Counted from the stretch's first letter, positions 38,977 through 49,292 are shown. The stretch is 64,000 bases of DNA from Verrucomicrobiota bacterium (GCA_027622665.1 JAQBYT010000013.1:1-64000); one strand, 5' to 3'. Notes: generated by a model from the letters alone, not told the origin. Numbers and translations are program-made.

Positions 38977-39771
38977 ATGAAGAATCTTTACTCATGGTTG
39001 CTTGCTTCTTGTTTGCCACTGGCTGCGGAGACTCCTCAGTTCATTGTTCCGACAGGTCCTCTCGAGCTCTTCCAAGTCAAGGACTTGAGTGGTTTCACCA
39101 CATGGTCGGAGGGCATCGGTACGGAAGATAAGGGCAGTGCCTTTTCCATAACGGACGGTGTTATTCACATTTCCGGGGCGGGTCGTGGTTACGTAGGTCC
39201 CAAGCAAGGCTACAAGGATTATCATCTATCGGTGGAATACAAGTGGGGAAAGAAGACGGACGGCGGGAAGTATGTGCGAAACTCGGGCTTGCTAATCCAT
39301 GCCACCGGTCCCGACGGTAACTCGGGGGATAAATGGATGGCTTCGGTGGAGTGTCAGTTGGCCCAAGGTTGCGAGGGCGACCTCATCGTCATTCGCGGGA
39401 CCGATTTCGACAAGAAGACGATTCCCGTGACCTTAACTAGTGACACACTCAAGGCACGTGATAATCGTACCCGTTGGAATCCCGGCGGAAAGCCGACAAA
39501 GTGGTTCGGGCGGCAGTTCTGGTGGACGCACCACGATCCGGACTTCAAGGAACTGCTGGATACTCGTGGTCGATGGGATGTCGCCTCCCCCCTCGGGAAA
39601 TGGACCAAGGTCGAGGTCATTTGCTTGACGGACCGCATCAATATCAAGGTGAATGGTTTCACCGTGAATCAGGTCTACGAAGTTTTCCCCGCTGGCGGTC
39701 GCATCCTTTTTCAGAATGAGGGCCACGAAGTTTTTTTTCGGAACGCCATCCTTGAACCCGCCAAGAAGTGA
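38977..39771 (+). CDS. DUF1080 (3-keto-disaccharide hydrolase-like) protein
   Basis: DYHLSVEYKWG, RNSGLL, ECQLAQG, GKWTKVEV, GRILFQNEG..VFFRN; signal peptide from ATG 38977. Confidence 0.9.
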   Translation: MKNLYSWLLASCLPLAAETPQFIVPTGPLELFQVKDLSGFTTWSEGIGTEDKGSAFSITDGVIHISGAGRGYVGPKQGYKDYHLSVEYKWGKKTDGGKYVRNSGLLIHATGPDGNSGDKWMASVECQLAQGCEGDLIVIRGTDFDKKTIPVTLTSDTLKARDNRTRWNPGGKPTKWFGRQFWWTHHDPDFKELLDTRGRWDVASPLGKWTKVEVICLTDRINIKVNGFTVNQVYEVFPAGGRILFQNEGHEVFFRNAILEPAKK

Positions 39772-39778
39772 GACAGTT

Positions 39779-41071
39779 ATGAAACTCGAACGTGCATTTA
39801 CCCGACGCAATTTCATTTCCAAATCGGCCGTTGCCACAGCCGGCACCGTCATTACTTCGAGTTTGGCCGCTGACCCGGCCGAGAAAGCCGAGGTTCTCAA
39901 AGTGGGTTTAGTCGGTTGCGGGGGGCGTGGCACGGGTGCTTGCCGGCAGGCTTTGCAGGCGGACTCGGGAACTCGACTCGTAGCCATGGCAGACATGTTT
40001 TCGGATCGCTTGGATGGTAGTCTCGAACGCTTACTCGCAATTCCGGCTGTTTCTGAAAGAATATCAGTTCCTGCGGACAAGAGGTTCGTTGGTTTCGATG
40101 CCTTCGATCAGTTGCTCGCGAGTGGAGTGGACGTTGTCCTGCTGGCCACGCCCCCTCACTTCCGTCCCGTTCACATTGAGAAAGCTATCAACGCGGGCGT
40201 CCATGTCTTTGCGGAAAAGCCCGTGGCTGTGGATGGTCCGGGCATTCGGTCCGTGCTTGCTTCCTGTAAGCTTGCGAAGAAGAAAAAGCTCTCTGTCGTT
40301 TCCGGGCTTTGCCTGCGCCACTCTTACGGTCTTCAAGAGCTGGTGCATCGACTGCATGACGGTGCTATCGGTGATTTGCTCTCCCTTCAGGCCAATGACT
40401 ATCGTGGTTCGATCTGGTACAAGGAACGGCAACCCGACTGGACTGACATGCATTATCAAATGCGCAACTGGTATTATTACAGTTGGCTTTCGGGCGATTT
40501 CAACGTGGAACAGCACGTACATTTTCTCGATGTTTGCTCGTGGGCCAAAGGGGCCTACCCAATCAAGGCTGTGGGCATGGGTGGCCGGCATGTGCGCACG
40601 GAGAAAAAATACGGCAACATTTTCGACCATCATTCCATCGTCTATGAATACGCCGACGGGGCCAAGCTGTACAGCAACACCCGCCAGATGAAGGGCTGCA
40701 AGAGCAACATGAGCGCCGAGATCCAAGGGTCCGCGGGTCGGGCACGTTTTTCCGAGCGACGCAACGGAGTAACCATCGACGCCAAGGGCAAGGACCTATG
40801 GGTATATCGTGGAGAGGGCAATGACGTCTACCAGACTGAGCATGACGAACTTTTCGCTAGCATTCGATCCGGCAAGCCAATCAACAACGGAGAATACATG
40901 GCCAAGAGTACTTTGCTCGCCATCATGGGGCGCATGGCCACTTACACGGGGCAGGAGATCACTTGGGACATGGCTCTCAACTCGAAGGAAGTCCTAGGGC
41001 CCGAGAAACACGAGTGGGGCCCTGCCCCCGCCGTGCGTATTGCCATGCCGGGATTGACGAAGTTCATTTGA
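39779..41071 (+). CDS. Gfo/Idh/MocA oxidoreductase, Tat-exported
   Basis: TRRNFI; LVGCGGRGTGA; ATPPHFRP; FAEKP; EQHVHFLD; ATG at 39779. Confidence 0.93.
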   Translation: MKLERAFTRRNFISKSAVATAGTVITSSLAADPAEKAEVLKVGLVGCGGRGTGACRQALQADSGTRLVAMADMFSDRLDGSLERLLAIPAVSERISVPADKRFVGFDAFDQLLASGVDVVLLATPPHFRPVHIEKAINAGVHVFAEKPVAVDGPGIRSVLASCKLAKKKKLSVVSGLCLRHSYGLQELVHRLHDGAIGDLLSLQANDYRGSIWYKERQPDWTDMHYQMRNWYYYSWLSGDFNVEQHVHFLDVCSWAKGAYPIKAVGMGGRHVRTEKKYGNIFDHHSIVYEYADGAKLYSNTRQMKGCKSNMSAEIQGSAGRARFSERRNGVTIDAKGKDLWVYRGEGNDVYQTEHDELFASIRSGKPINNGEYMAKSTLLAIMGRMATYTGQEITWDMALNSKEVLGPEKHEWGPAPAVRIAMPGLTKFI

Positions 41072-41081
41072 TGGTTTTCCT

Positions 41082-42389
41082 ATGAACCTTGTTCGCCTGT
41101 TATTCTTTTTCTTATTTATACAGGTTCTTGCCCCTGCCGAGATTCATCAAGTGGGGCCTTCGGACGACTGGTTCGGTTTGCTTCACGGTGACGGTTTGCA
41201 ACCGGGTGACGAAGTTGTCCTGCTGGAGGGAACTTACTCCAATCCGCGTATGCTTGTACTTAGTCATGTCGGCACCTCGGCGAACCCCATAGTTATCCGG
41301 GCCGCCGTAGGAGCCAAAGTCATCTTCCGCAGGCCCGACGATCGCCAAAACACTTTTAATCTATCGGGGACGCAGTACATAACGCTCAAGGGGTTCGAGA
41401 TCACGGGAGGTGCCGCCGCTATTCGCATCTATAAGCATGGAGACACTATGGCTAAATTCGTTACGTTGGAGGGTTTGCACATTCATCACTTGGGGGGTGT
41501 GGCAGTGACTTGTAACCATGTGGGGAACCTCTATGAAGGCATGGTTTTTCGGCGCAACCACATTCATCATACGAGCGGACATGGCGAAGCATTCTATCTG
41601 GGATCTAATTCGGAATCCAATGGCAAGACCCAGACCCAGTTTTTTCATGGACTTATCGAAGGGAACTACATCCATGACTTGAAGGGACCGCAGGTGAGCC
41701 AAGGAGACGGCATCGAGTTGAAAGACGGGAGCTGGGGCAACTTGGTGCGCGATAATGTAATACACGATGTGAAATACCCCGGCGTCATCGTTTACGATAC
41801 GGACGGTAAGGAACCGAACGTGATCGAACGCAACCTCATCTTCAACGTAGCGGACAGCGGCATTCAGGCGGCATCCGATGCCGTCGTGCGGAACAACGTT
41901 ATTTTTAACTGCGGCGGTGCGGGCATCTATTCACGAGACCATCAAAGTGCCGTAGTGGGGAATCTGACCATCACCCACAACACCGTTGTGAATACGGGAA
42001 AGACCGCCTTACGTATTATTCCACCGAGCAAGGGGAAATATTCCGGGTCCGTGATCGAGGCAAATAATGCACTCTATGGCGGCACCGCCTTACGGGTACC
42101 TGCTGATGGTTTCGTGACCTTTTCCGGTAATGTGGGGCAGGGGAGTGTTTCGGTCTCAAAGCTTGGTCTCGACGAGTGGCGAAACACCGGAAGATTGAAT
42201 CGTGACCTGACTGAGGCATTATACCCGATCGGAGGATCGTCTCTGCTCAGGATGGCCAATCCGAGATATTCTACGAAAGATGATTTCGATGGTCGCTCGC
42301 GCGGTTCTTCCCGCGACGTCGGGGCTTACCGCTTTGAAGCGAAAGGACCCGCTTGGCGAATTACTCGAGGGTTCAAACCGATTCGTTGA
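41082..42389 (+). CDS. Secreted right-handed parallel beta-helix protein (lyase-like fold)
   Basis: LQPGDEVVLLEGTY, GTSANPIVIRA, repeated NxIHH/NxIHD/NNVIFN rungs, C-terminal DFDGRSR...DVGAY. Confidence 0.85.
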   Translation: MNLVRLLFFFLFIQVLAPAEIHQVGPSDDWFGLLHGDGLQPGDEVVLLEGTYSNPRMLVLSHVGTSANPIVIRAAVGAKVIFRRPDDRQNTFNLSGTQYITLKGFEITGGAAAIRIYKHGDTMAKFVTLEGLHIHHLGGVAVTCNHVGNLYEGMVFRRNHIHHTSGHGEAFYLGSNSESNGKTQTQFFHGLIEGNYIHDLKGPQVSQGDGIELKDGSWGNLVRDNVIHDVKYPGVIVYDTDGKEPNVIERNLIFNVADSGIQAASDAVVRNNVIFNCGGAGIYSRDHQSAVVGNLTITHNTVVNTGKTALRIIPPSKGKYSGSVIEANNALYGGTALRVPADGFVTFSGNVGQGSVSVSKLGLDEWRNTGRLNRDLTEALYPIGGSSLLRMANPRYSTKDDFDGRSRGSSRDVGAYRFEAKGPAWRITRGFKPIR

Positions 42390-43203
42390 ACGGCCATAAC
42401 TTTGCTCGTCCTTTCTCGTGCATGGGAGAGGCGTACTCGCTCACCTCGTAGGCTTCGCAGCATTTGACTGCTTGTCCATGTTCCTCGCCGTAGTTCGCGA
42501 CGAGGGCATCGCGAAATCGATTTGCCCGTTCCGCGACTTGCTCGTAAAACCAGCCACGAAGCCATTCTAGTTTGGCGTTTTCGTCTTCAGGTACTTGATC
42601 GAGAATGCCTCCCTCGTAGGGCAGCCACTCGAAGACTTGCGTACGGTGGCAGGCCAGCATTGCGACAATTGAATCGACTTGTTCGCCCACGTCCAAGACC
42701 AGATCCGGTCGCAAGGGAGCTGGTCTTGTGAAGAGATCCGGCATGTAAAGAATGACGGGATCGTTGAAGAGTGGAGGTACTTCGGGAAGAATGTTTGGTA
42801 CGGTGACGAGATAGGATGCGTCCTGTACGAGTTGCCCGACAGCCCGGTGATCCGGATGGTAGTCGCAGGAACGGTGTGTAAGCACGAGGTCTGGCCGGAA
42901 GGTTCGAATCTCGCGGATAACGCGTTCGCGGTTTTTGAGTGTGGCTTCGAGGTGGGCGTCGGGCAAATCCCAGTTGACGTACTCGGCCCCGATCACTTTG
43001 CCTGCGTTCGCTGATTCGCTCTGGCGTAGCTTGCGAAGGTCTTCGGGGGATCGTTTGTGGTGGCCTGCAGCGCCGTCGGTGAGCGAAATTAGCTTTACCG
43101 TGGCGTCCAATTCCTTGCGGTAGCGAGTAAGGAGACCACCCGCATGGTATTCGGCGTCGTCGGGATGCGCTCCGAACAGAAGAATTCGAGGTGGTAAGGA
43201 CAT
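42373..43203 (-). CDS. PIG-L / LmbE family N-acetyl-sugar deacetylase
   Basis: GAHPDDAE, LTDGAAG, DYHPDH. Confidence 0.93.
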   Translation of the reverse strand: MSLPPRILLFGAHPDDAEYHAGGLLTRYRKELDATVKLISLTDGAAGHHKRSPEDLRKLRQSESANAGKVIGAEYVNWDLPDAHLEATLKNRERVIREIRTFRPDLVLTHRSCDYHPDHRAVGQLVQDASYLVTVPNILPEVPPLFNDPVILYMPDLFTRPAPLRPDLVLDVGEQVDSIVAMLACHRTQVFEWLPYEGGILDQVPEDENAKLEWLRGWFYEQVAERANRFRDALVANYGEEHGQAVKCCEAYEVSEYASPMHEKGRAKLWPFNESV

Positions 43204-43318
43204 TGCTGTTTTCCGTTATGTTTTGTCTTGCCGCTTATGGACGAGGTGAAGAATCTTTCTTCTTTTATCGTTCAGCCCAAAGGCTAGATCGCAAACCTCA
43301 AATACAAATCAATGACAC

Positions 43319-44365
43319 ATGGCCAAGTATAACGTAGGAATTATCGGATATGGTTGGGCTGCCACTGCCCATATCGATGCAATCAACGCCTGTCCCGATG
43401 CCGAAGTCGTGGCCATCTACTCCTCCCGCCCGCTCGATGCGGGCGAACTGAAGCAGCGTTATGGATCCGACATCACGCCTTACCGCGACGTCAAGAAGCT
43501 GATTGCGGACGAGAACGTGAACGTGGTGGATATCTGCAGTTATCCCTACCAGCACGCAAAGCAAGCCATTGCCGCGGCGGAAGCAGGTAAGCATCTTATC
43601 GTTGAAAAACCTTTAGCCCTTTCCTTGAAGGACGTATATGCCATGCAAAAAGCGGCTCAAAAAGCCGGCGTGGGAACCTGTGTCTGTTTCGAGGCGTGGT
43701 TTTCGAACCAGTTTCAGTCCACCAAGGCCATCATCGACAAGGGATTACTCGGTTCCATTCATTATGGAGAAATCGACTACTACCACGGGGTCGGTCCTTG
43801 GTATGGACAGTACCGGTGGAACGTGAAAAAAAGAGCCGGCGGAAGCAGTTTGCTTTCGGCGGGTTGTCACGCCTTGGATGCGCTTCGTGGTTGTATGGAC
43901 GGCGAGGTTGTTGAGGTAACTAGTTACGCCACTCAGTCCAGTCATAAGTATTTCAAGAAGTACGAATACCCGACCACCACCGTTACGATCATGAAGTTCA
44001 AAGATGGGAGCGTGGGCAAGACGGCGTCCGTGCTCGACTGTCTGCAACCTTACTATTTCCATACTCACTTGGTTGGGAGCAAAGGCAGTTTGCTCGACAA
44101 CAAACTTCATTGCGAAGAGCTCAAGTCAGACAAGACACAGTGGAGCGAGCTTTCCATGAAACTGGTGGATTCGGGCGATGTCGCGGATCATCCCTACCAA
44201 ACCCAGTTCGAGGCCTTTTTCGACGCCATGAACAAGGGGAAGGAGATGCCCCATACCAGTCTCGACGAGGCCGTTCTATCACACGAGATTATTTTCGCGG
44301 CCGATCTTTCCGTCAAGAAGGGTGGGCCGGTAAAGATCTCCGAGATTCGCATGACGGGTAAGTAA
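43319..44365 (+). CDS. Gfo/Idh/MocA oxidoreductase (cytoplasmic)
   Basis: VGIIGYG, VEKPL, AGCHALD; no signal peptide. Confidence 0.92.
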   Translation: MAKYNVGIIGYGWAATAHIDAINACPDAEVVAIYSSRPLDAGELKQRYGSDITPYRDVKKLIADENVNVVDICSYPYQHAKQAIAAAEAGKHLIVEKPLALSLKDVYAMQKAAQKAGVGTCVCFEAWFSNQFQSTKAIIDKGLLGSIHYGEIDYYHGVGPWYGQYRWNVKKRAGGSSLLSAGCHALDALRGCMDGEVVEVTSYATQSSHKYFKKYEYPTTTVTIMKFKDGSVGKTASVLDCLQPYYFHTHLVGSKGSLLDNKLHCEELKSDKTQWSELSMKLVDSGDVADHPYQTQFEAFFDAMNKGKEMPHTSLDEAVLSHEIIFAADLSVKKGGPVKISEIRMTGK

Positions 44366-44749
44366 GTTTCTGTCGCTGTGAACGCGCTTACTTTTGGCAT
44401 GTCACCGTGCCGTCAAGCACTGGTGTAGGGTTATTCTCATCAAGCCTATTCCTGTTTCTTAGTCAGTGGAATCTCGCCACCCCCTTGACGCCGGAGATCG
44501 TCAGGGGTATGGTAAGGGCCATGATGGGTTGCTGTATTTGCTTTCTTGGAGCTCTCTCTAATCGACCGTTTGATATTATTCGAGAAGAGTTGTCATCGTG
44601 GGAACCGTGGAAGGTGGTGTTGTCGGTGACTTTAGTTTTGGTCATCGCTTCCTTCGTTCATAAATCCAACCACTAGGTGATGGGCCCGACGGTGCGGTCG
44701 TCCTTCGTTCTCCTTGACGGTTAAAGATAATTGGGTAGGTTGGGGGGGT

Positions 44750-44998
44750 ATGATCAGGCTCGCAACATCTCCCCTTGTTGAGTATTGGCGTAAGATTATC
44801 GAGAGCTTCCCCTCGGAATTATCGGAAACCAATTGGTGGGATTGGTTATGGTTTACCGCCTTTATCTTTCTCGGTTCGCCCCTCGTGCTAGAAATTTGGA
44901 AGGCCGAGAAGAAGGGGCGCAAGGAAGTGATCGGCATCTTCGTCCTGATCGTTACCTTCTTCGGCGGTTGGTCTCTGGTGGGTTACTTCACTAGATAG
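44750..44998 (+). CDS. Small hypothetical membrane protein (82 aa, two hydrophobic segments)
   Basis: WLWFTAFIFLGSPLVL and VIGIFVLIVTFFGGWSLVGYF; TTGACG 30 nt before ATG 44750. Confidence 0.55.
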   Translation: MIRLATSPLVEYWRKIIESFPSELSETNWWDWLWFTAFIFLGSPLVLEIWKAEKKGRKEVIGIFVLIVTFFGGWSLVGYFTR

Positions 44999-45001
44999 TC
45001 T

Positions 45002-46417
45002 TTAACCTTCGTGAAAGAACAGCGGGGAGGCGGGAGCGCGTTTACCGCTTCCATCTTCTATGAAAAAACTAAGCTCGGCGTCGCCGGTTGCCTCGAAATA
45101 GTCGATGCGGATGGGCAGGTAGCCTTTACTGAAGCGGAAGAGACGACCCACGTCTCGGGCGGGGTGAGGCCCGTCGTTGTCGACTACTACTTGCTCGCCG
45201 ATGCGGAGTACGCTGCCATCGTCTGAGTTGAGGATGAGGCGGTAGACGCCATCGGCGGGAATTTTCAGGAAGCCTTCCAGCTTGATGGCGAAGTCGTCTA
45301 GTTTGGGTGATCCCATGGCGAGGACGTCGAGTGCCTTGGCTACCCCTTTCTTGACCAAGGTCTGCTCGCTTAGGTTGGGGGCGCTGTCGAAACGACCGTG
45401 ACAAACTTGAAAAAGGAGACCGGGCTTAGGGTCCTTCACCTTTGCAGTGGGTGGAGCGGGATAGGGGCCGAGTTTGAGGATGATGTCTCGCTTCATCTTG
45501 TCTCGTGATACGGTGAGCTTCAATTCATCTCCCGCTTTGTGATCGAGTAGACCGACGAGCCAATCGAGGTGTTGGTTGATGGGCTTGCCGCCCACACGAA
45601 GGATCAGGTCCCCCGGGCGCAAGTCCAGTTTGGCGGCAGGTGAACCTTTCTTCACTTGGGCGACCTCTGCCTTGGCGGCGAGGGGGGCGAGAATCAGACC
45701 CGTGGAGAAGCCTTTGCGTACTTCCGGGGCGAAGAGTTCGTCGAGGTTTTGGCGAACGCGGTCTATGGGGATTGCAAAGTTTATGTTCTCCTCGTCTTGG
45801 CTTTTGTTGGAGACGATGGCGACTTGCTCGCCGAGGGCGTTGATTAGCGGACCGCCCGAGTTGCCTTGGTTGCTGGCGGCGTCGAACTGGACATAGCGAT
45901 CGCGTACGTCTGCGCTGAAGTAGCGCATGACGAGGGCGTTAGGAGCGGTCAGAATGAAGTTGGGAGAACTGACGATTCCGGAGGAATAGACGATGCCGCG
46001 GCCACCGGGGTTGCCCGCGCAGAGGATGGGTTCCCCCGTCATGAGATCGTGACTGCGACCGAGAGTTATCGCGGTAAAGGACTTTGGCGAGCGAACTCGT
46101 AATAGACACAAGTCTTTCTCCGGCATGCGCCCGACGATTTGGTAGTTCAGTGGTTCGTGGTCTCGAAGCAAGACGATTCCGGGCAACCCGGCTACGACGT
46201 GGTCGTTGGTCAGGACATACCCATCCTTGTGAATCAAACTGCCGCTCCCCATCGATAGCCGACCTTCGCCTTGGCTGAAGACGGCCGCGACAGCAGGTTC
46301 CGTCTTGCGGACTGTGCGGACGATCGGCGTAACGCGAAGCGAATCCTCAGGCGGCACGGCGGGCAGGACGCCCGAACCGAGTACAAACCCAGTAATTATG
46401 GCCTTCAGCAGCCGCAT
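45002..46417 (-). CDS. HtrA/DegP-like serine protease with PDZ and C-terminal PA14 domain
   Basis: LTNDHVV, DLCLL, NQGNSGGPL; PDZ GSPAAKLDLRPGDLI; PA14 GFLKIPADGVY...SDDGS...DNDGPH. Confidence 0.9.
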   Translation of the reverse strand: MRLLKAIITGFVLGSGVLPAVPPEDSLRVTPIVRTVRKTEPAVAAVFSQGEGRLSMGSGSLIHKDGYVLTNDHVVAGLPGIVLLRDHEPLNYQIVGRMPEKDLCLLRVRSPKSFTAITLGRSHDLMTGEPILCAGNPGGRGIVYSSGIVSSPNFILTAPNALVMRYFSADVRDRYVQFDAASNQGNSGGPLINALGEQVAIVSNKSQDEENINFAIPIDRVRQNLDELFAPEVRKGFSTGLILAPLAAKAEVAQVKKGSPAAKLDLRPGDLILRVGGKPINQHLDWLVGLLDHKAGDELKLTVSRDKMKRDIILKLGPYPAPPTAKVKDPKPGLLFQVCHGRFDSAPNLSEQTLVKKGVAKALDVLAMGSPKLDDFAIKLEGFLKIPADGVYRLILNSDDGSVLRIGEQVVVDNDGPHPARDVGRLFRFSKGYLPIRIDYFEATGDAELSFFIEDGSGKRAPASPLFFHEG

Positions 46418-46434
46418 GGTTTGGCGCCTAGGGC

Positions 46435-47079
46435 TTACAGCTCCTTGATGCGGATGTTGCGAAAGTGGAGGTTATTCGGTTCCCCGTGATCCTGTAGGGA
46501 AATGTAGCCTTCCAAGGGGCGATCTTTCACGGGGGTCTTGTCGAGCTGAATATCCACGATGTCTTCACCATTTAGGTTTACGTGGAGATGATACCCTTTG
46601 CAGGTAAGGATCATCTTGTTCCATTCGCCGGGTTTCTTTGACATGTTCTTGGTCGCTCCCACCGTGCGGATGATGCCACCGTGATCGTGGTGTCCCATCT
46701 TGTCGTCGGGTTTGCCGGCTGAGTCGAGTATCTGACACTCGATTCCCGTTTTTACGGGATCCTTTGGATCGCCGATGCGGAAATAGACGCCGCTGTTGCC
46801 GCCTTTAGGATACTTGTATTCCACTTGGAGAATGAAATCCTTGTACTTCTTTTCGGACGTCAGGTAGGCATCGTAGCGTTGCCAACCTTTTTCTCCGGGA
46901 CGAGGATGGATGAGCAGGGATCCGTCCTTCTGCGGAATCCAGTTGCCCGTGGTATTCCAATTGGCGAGATCCTTGCCATTGTAAAGACTGACGAAACCGT
47001 CCTTGTCCTTGTGATGTTTAGCAACGAGGGCAGTCGTTAAGAAGATTGCCGAGATTATAGTGAGTAATGTTTTTTTCAT
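46435..47079 (-). CDS. DUF1080 protein
   Basis: SLYNGKDL, DFIL.VEY, GNSGVYF, ECQILD, GEWN, GYISLQDHG, FRNIRIKEL. Confidence 0.93.
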   Translation of the reverse strand: MKKTLLTIISAIFLTTALVAKHHKDKDGFVSLYNGKDLANWNTTGNWIPQKDGSLLIHPRPGEKGWQRYDAYLTSEKKYKDFILQVEYKYPKGGNSGVYFRIGDPKDPVKTGIECQILDSAGKPDDKMGHHDHGGIIRTVGATKNMSKKPGEWNKMILTCKGYHLHVNLNGEDIVDIQLDKTPVKDRPLEGYISLQDHGEPNNLHFRNIRIKEL

Positions 47080-47098
47080 TTTGAATATGGGTTGCGGG

Positions 47099-47761
47099 CT
47101 ACTTCTTCTTGATTACGCGAATCTTAAGGTTGCGCCAAGCGACGTCGAAGGGTCCGCCGTTGCCGACGCCGTGCACTTGCAAACCAATGAAGCCCTTTGG
47201 GTGTGTTTTGAGCTTTCCCTCGTCTACGAGGTCAGAAATTTGGTGGTCGTTGATCCAAGTCTGAATGCGGGCACCCTCGGCGAGAACTCTATATTTATTC
47301 CACTCACCGTCCTTGAAGTGCTTGTGGGGCTTGCGCTTGTCTGCGGGAGTCATCCATCCGCCGGCTGCCTCACCGTAAAGGTAACCTGATTCGGCTCCCT
47401 TATTTCCACTTGCTTCAATTTCCACTTGGGGTCCGTTTACCCGTCCCTTGGGTCCTCCCTTTGTTTGTGAACGGATTTGCACGCCTGAGTTCAAGTTGTT
47501 GTGCACCTTTACCTCAAAGAGAAGTTCGAAGTCGCCGTAGAGTTCGTTCGAGCAGAGAAACGAGTTAGGGCTTCCTTTCTTGGTCGTGCCGACAATGGTT
47601 CCGTCTTTCACCTCGTAGGTGGCGGTGCCGTTGCGCTGGGTCCAACCCTCGAGGGACTTGCCGTCAAAAATGGAAACGAATTCCTTGGCGTGGTGATCAG
47701 CGTTAGCGGAAAGCCCGATCATTAGGACCAAGGCGAGAGAGAGAATGCGGTGCTTCTTCAT
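47099..47761 (-). CDS. DUF1080 protein
   Basis: IFDGKSLEGW, GDFEL, NSGVQIRS, QVEI, GEWNKY, GFIGLQVH, WRNLKI. Confidence 0.93.
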   Translation of the reverse strand: MKKHRILSLALVLMIGLSANADHHAKEFVSIFDGKSLEGWTQRNGTATYEVKDGTIVGTTKKGSPNSFLCSNELYGDFELLFEVKVHNNLNSGVQIRSQTKGGPKGRVNGPQVEIEASGNKGAESGYLYGEAAGGWMTPADKRKPHKHFKDGEWNKYRVLAEGARIQTWINDHQISDLVDEGKLKTHPKGFIGLQVHGVGNGGPFDVAWRNLKIRVIKKK

Positions 47762-47882
47762 GGATTAGTGATTGGATAGTGTCTGGATTAATGAGGTGAA
47801 ATTATGAGTTTAGGCGTTTCATGATAACTTTTGCAAGGCGAGGGTTTGCATATGTCAAAAAAAGAAATTTCACCATTATGCG

Positions 47883-49292
47883 CTAATGAATTTTGCGCTT
47901 CTCTTTTTTGGGTGAGGTTAGTTTCAAGAATCCGATGTTTTCTTCCCCCATTTCTCCTGCAGTGTCCGAGTCGAGGAAGACGAGAAAACCGCCATCACGG
48001 CACAAGGCGATATACTCGGCGGCGTTGTGTCCTTCTTTCGGGGTATGGTAGCTATATTCCCACAAGAGATTCCCTTTGTCGTCAGTTCGAACGAGGTAGG
48101 CGGCCCATGTGTTGCGTGGATCTTTTCTGTTTCTTACGTTTTCCGGTTCGATCCCCGAACCGCAGGCTAGGACGAATCTCCCATCCGGGATCGTCTTTAC
48201 ACCATAACACTCGTCAAAGATTTGCCTTGGGTTCCCGCCAAGGGGTCGGTCGAAAGATTTTTGCCATTTCAGGTCTCCCTTGAGACCCACCTTCACCAGC
48301 CATGCATCCCATCCCTCTTTACCGAAGCTCGTCGTGTGACCGTCCAAGACATAGCCATCGTCAGTCAGGTCCATATCGAAGCACTGGTCGTTTCCTGACC
48401 CTCCGTATGTTTTTTGCCACTCCACTCTCCCCTTTGGGTCGAGCTTGATGAGGCAAGCGTCCTGATGGTCACTGCCTTTGGAGAATCTCCACACCGTGGA
48501 GCAAAGAACGAAGCCCCCGTTTTGTACATCGACCTTTACCTTGGTCCCTTGGTTTACGCTTAGCTGCCTTCGCCAAACTGGTTTCCCTTGGAAATCGGTT
48601 TTCATCACGAATCCCTTCGCTTCGTCCGCGATGAAGGGAACTTCTTCCTCTGCGTAATCGGTGTATCCGGTGACAACGATTCCATCCTTTGCCAAATCGA
48701 TTCCTCTTATGGCGCCATGCCTTGCGTGTGGGTAGACCCTTGTCCAGACAATCATCCCTTTTTTATCCAGTTTTACTATTCCTGCACCTGTCTTCCCACC
48801 CTGCGTAAAGGTCCCTCCCAAGTAGTAACCCGTTGAGCTTTCGATGATGCGGCGTCCTTCCTCATGGCGTTCCTTTTCCCCAACGATGCGTTGCCATTCC
48901 AGTTTTCCTTTTCCGTTTGTCTTGATAATAATTGCATGGCAACTGCCTCCGCCTCTTTCGTTGGTTTTCCCAACCGCGATGAATCCACCGTCTTTCGTCT
49001 GCAAGCCATCGAAGACATATTCTCCTTGGTCGGTGCCTTGACCAATTACCCATTCTACTTTGGGTGCAACTTGCTTTGTCTTTGAGCGGATGTATTCTAC
49101 TGCAGCAGCATCAAGGTGGAAAATGTCGGTGCCACTGGTCGCCAGAAGGATGGCGTTGACCGACACCTCGGATTGTTTATTGAGGTGTTTGGCCAAAAGG
49201 TGAGAGTTCGCCTTGAACTCATGATCTCCGGAGGCGGAACAGAGCACGACCAAGGAGAAGCAGATCAAAGATATTTTGTGCATGAAGTTCAA
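47883..49292 (-). CDS. Secreted beta-propeller repeat protein of unknown function
   Basis: ~50-aa repeats such as KLDPKGRVEWQKTYGGSGND...TDDGYVL and KTNGKGKLEWQR; signal peptide. Confidence 0.75.
   Translation of the reverse strand: MNFMHKISLICFSLVVLCSASGDHEFKANSHLLAKHLNKQSEVSVNAILLATSGTDIFHLDAAAVEYIRSKTKQVAPKVEWVIGQGTDQGEYVFDGLQTKDGGFIAVGKTNERGGGSCHAIIIKTNGKGKLEWQRIVGEKERHEEGRRIIESSTGYYLGGTFTQGGKTGAGIVKLDKKGMIVWTRVYPHARHGAIRGIDLAKDGIVVTGYTDYAEEEVPFIADEAKGFVMKTDFQGKPVWRRQLSVNQGTKVKVDVQNGGFVLCSTVWRFSKGSDHQDACLIKLDPKGRVEWQKTYGGSGNDQCFDMDLTDDGYVLDGHTTSFGKEGWDAWLVKVGLKGDLKWQKSFDRPLGGNPRQIFDECYGVKTIPDGRFVLACGSGIEPENVRNRKDPRNTWAAYLVRTDDKGNLLWEYSYHTPKEGHNAAEYIALCRDGGFLVFLDSDTAGEMGEENIGFLKLTSPKKEKRKIH

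Noticed and set aside
42373..42389. 17-nt overlap of convergent gene 3' ends
   Set aside because: Common in compact genomes; nothing indicates a regulatory role
47795..47874. 9-bp inverted repeat ggtgaaatt / aatttcacc as MITE ends
   Set aside because: Short, AT-rich, no target-site duplication and no second copy seen in the window
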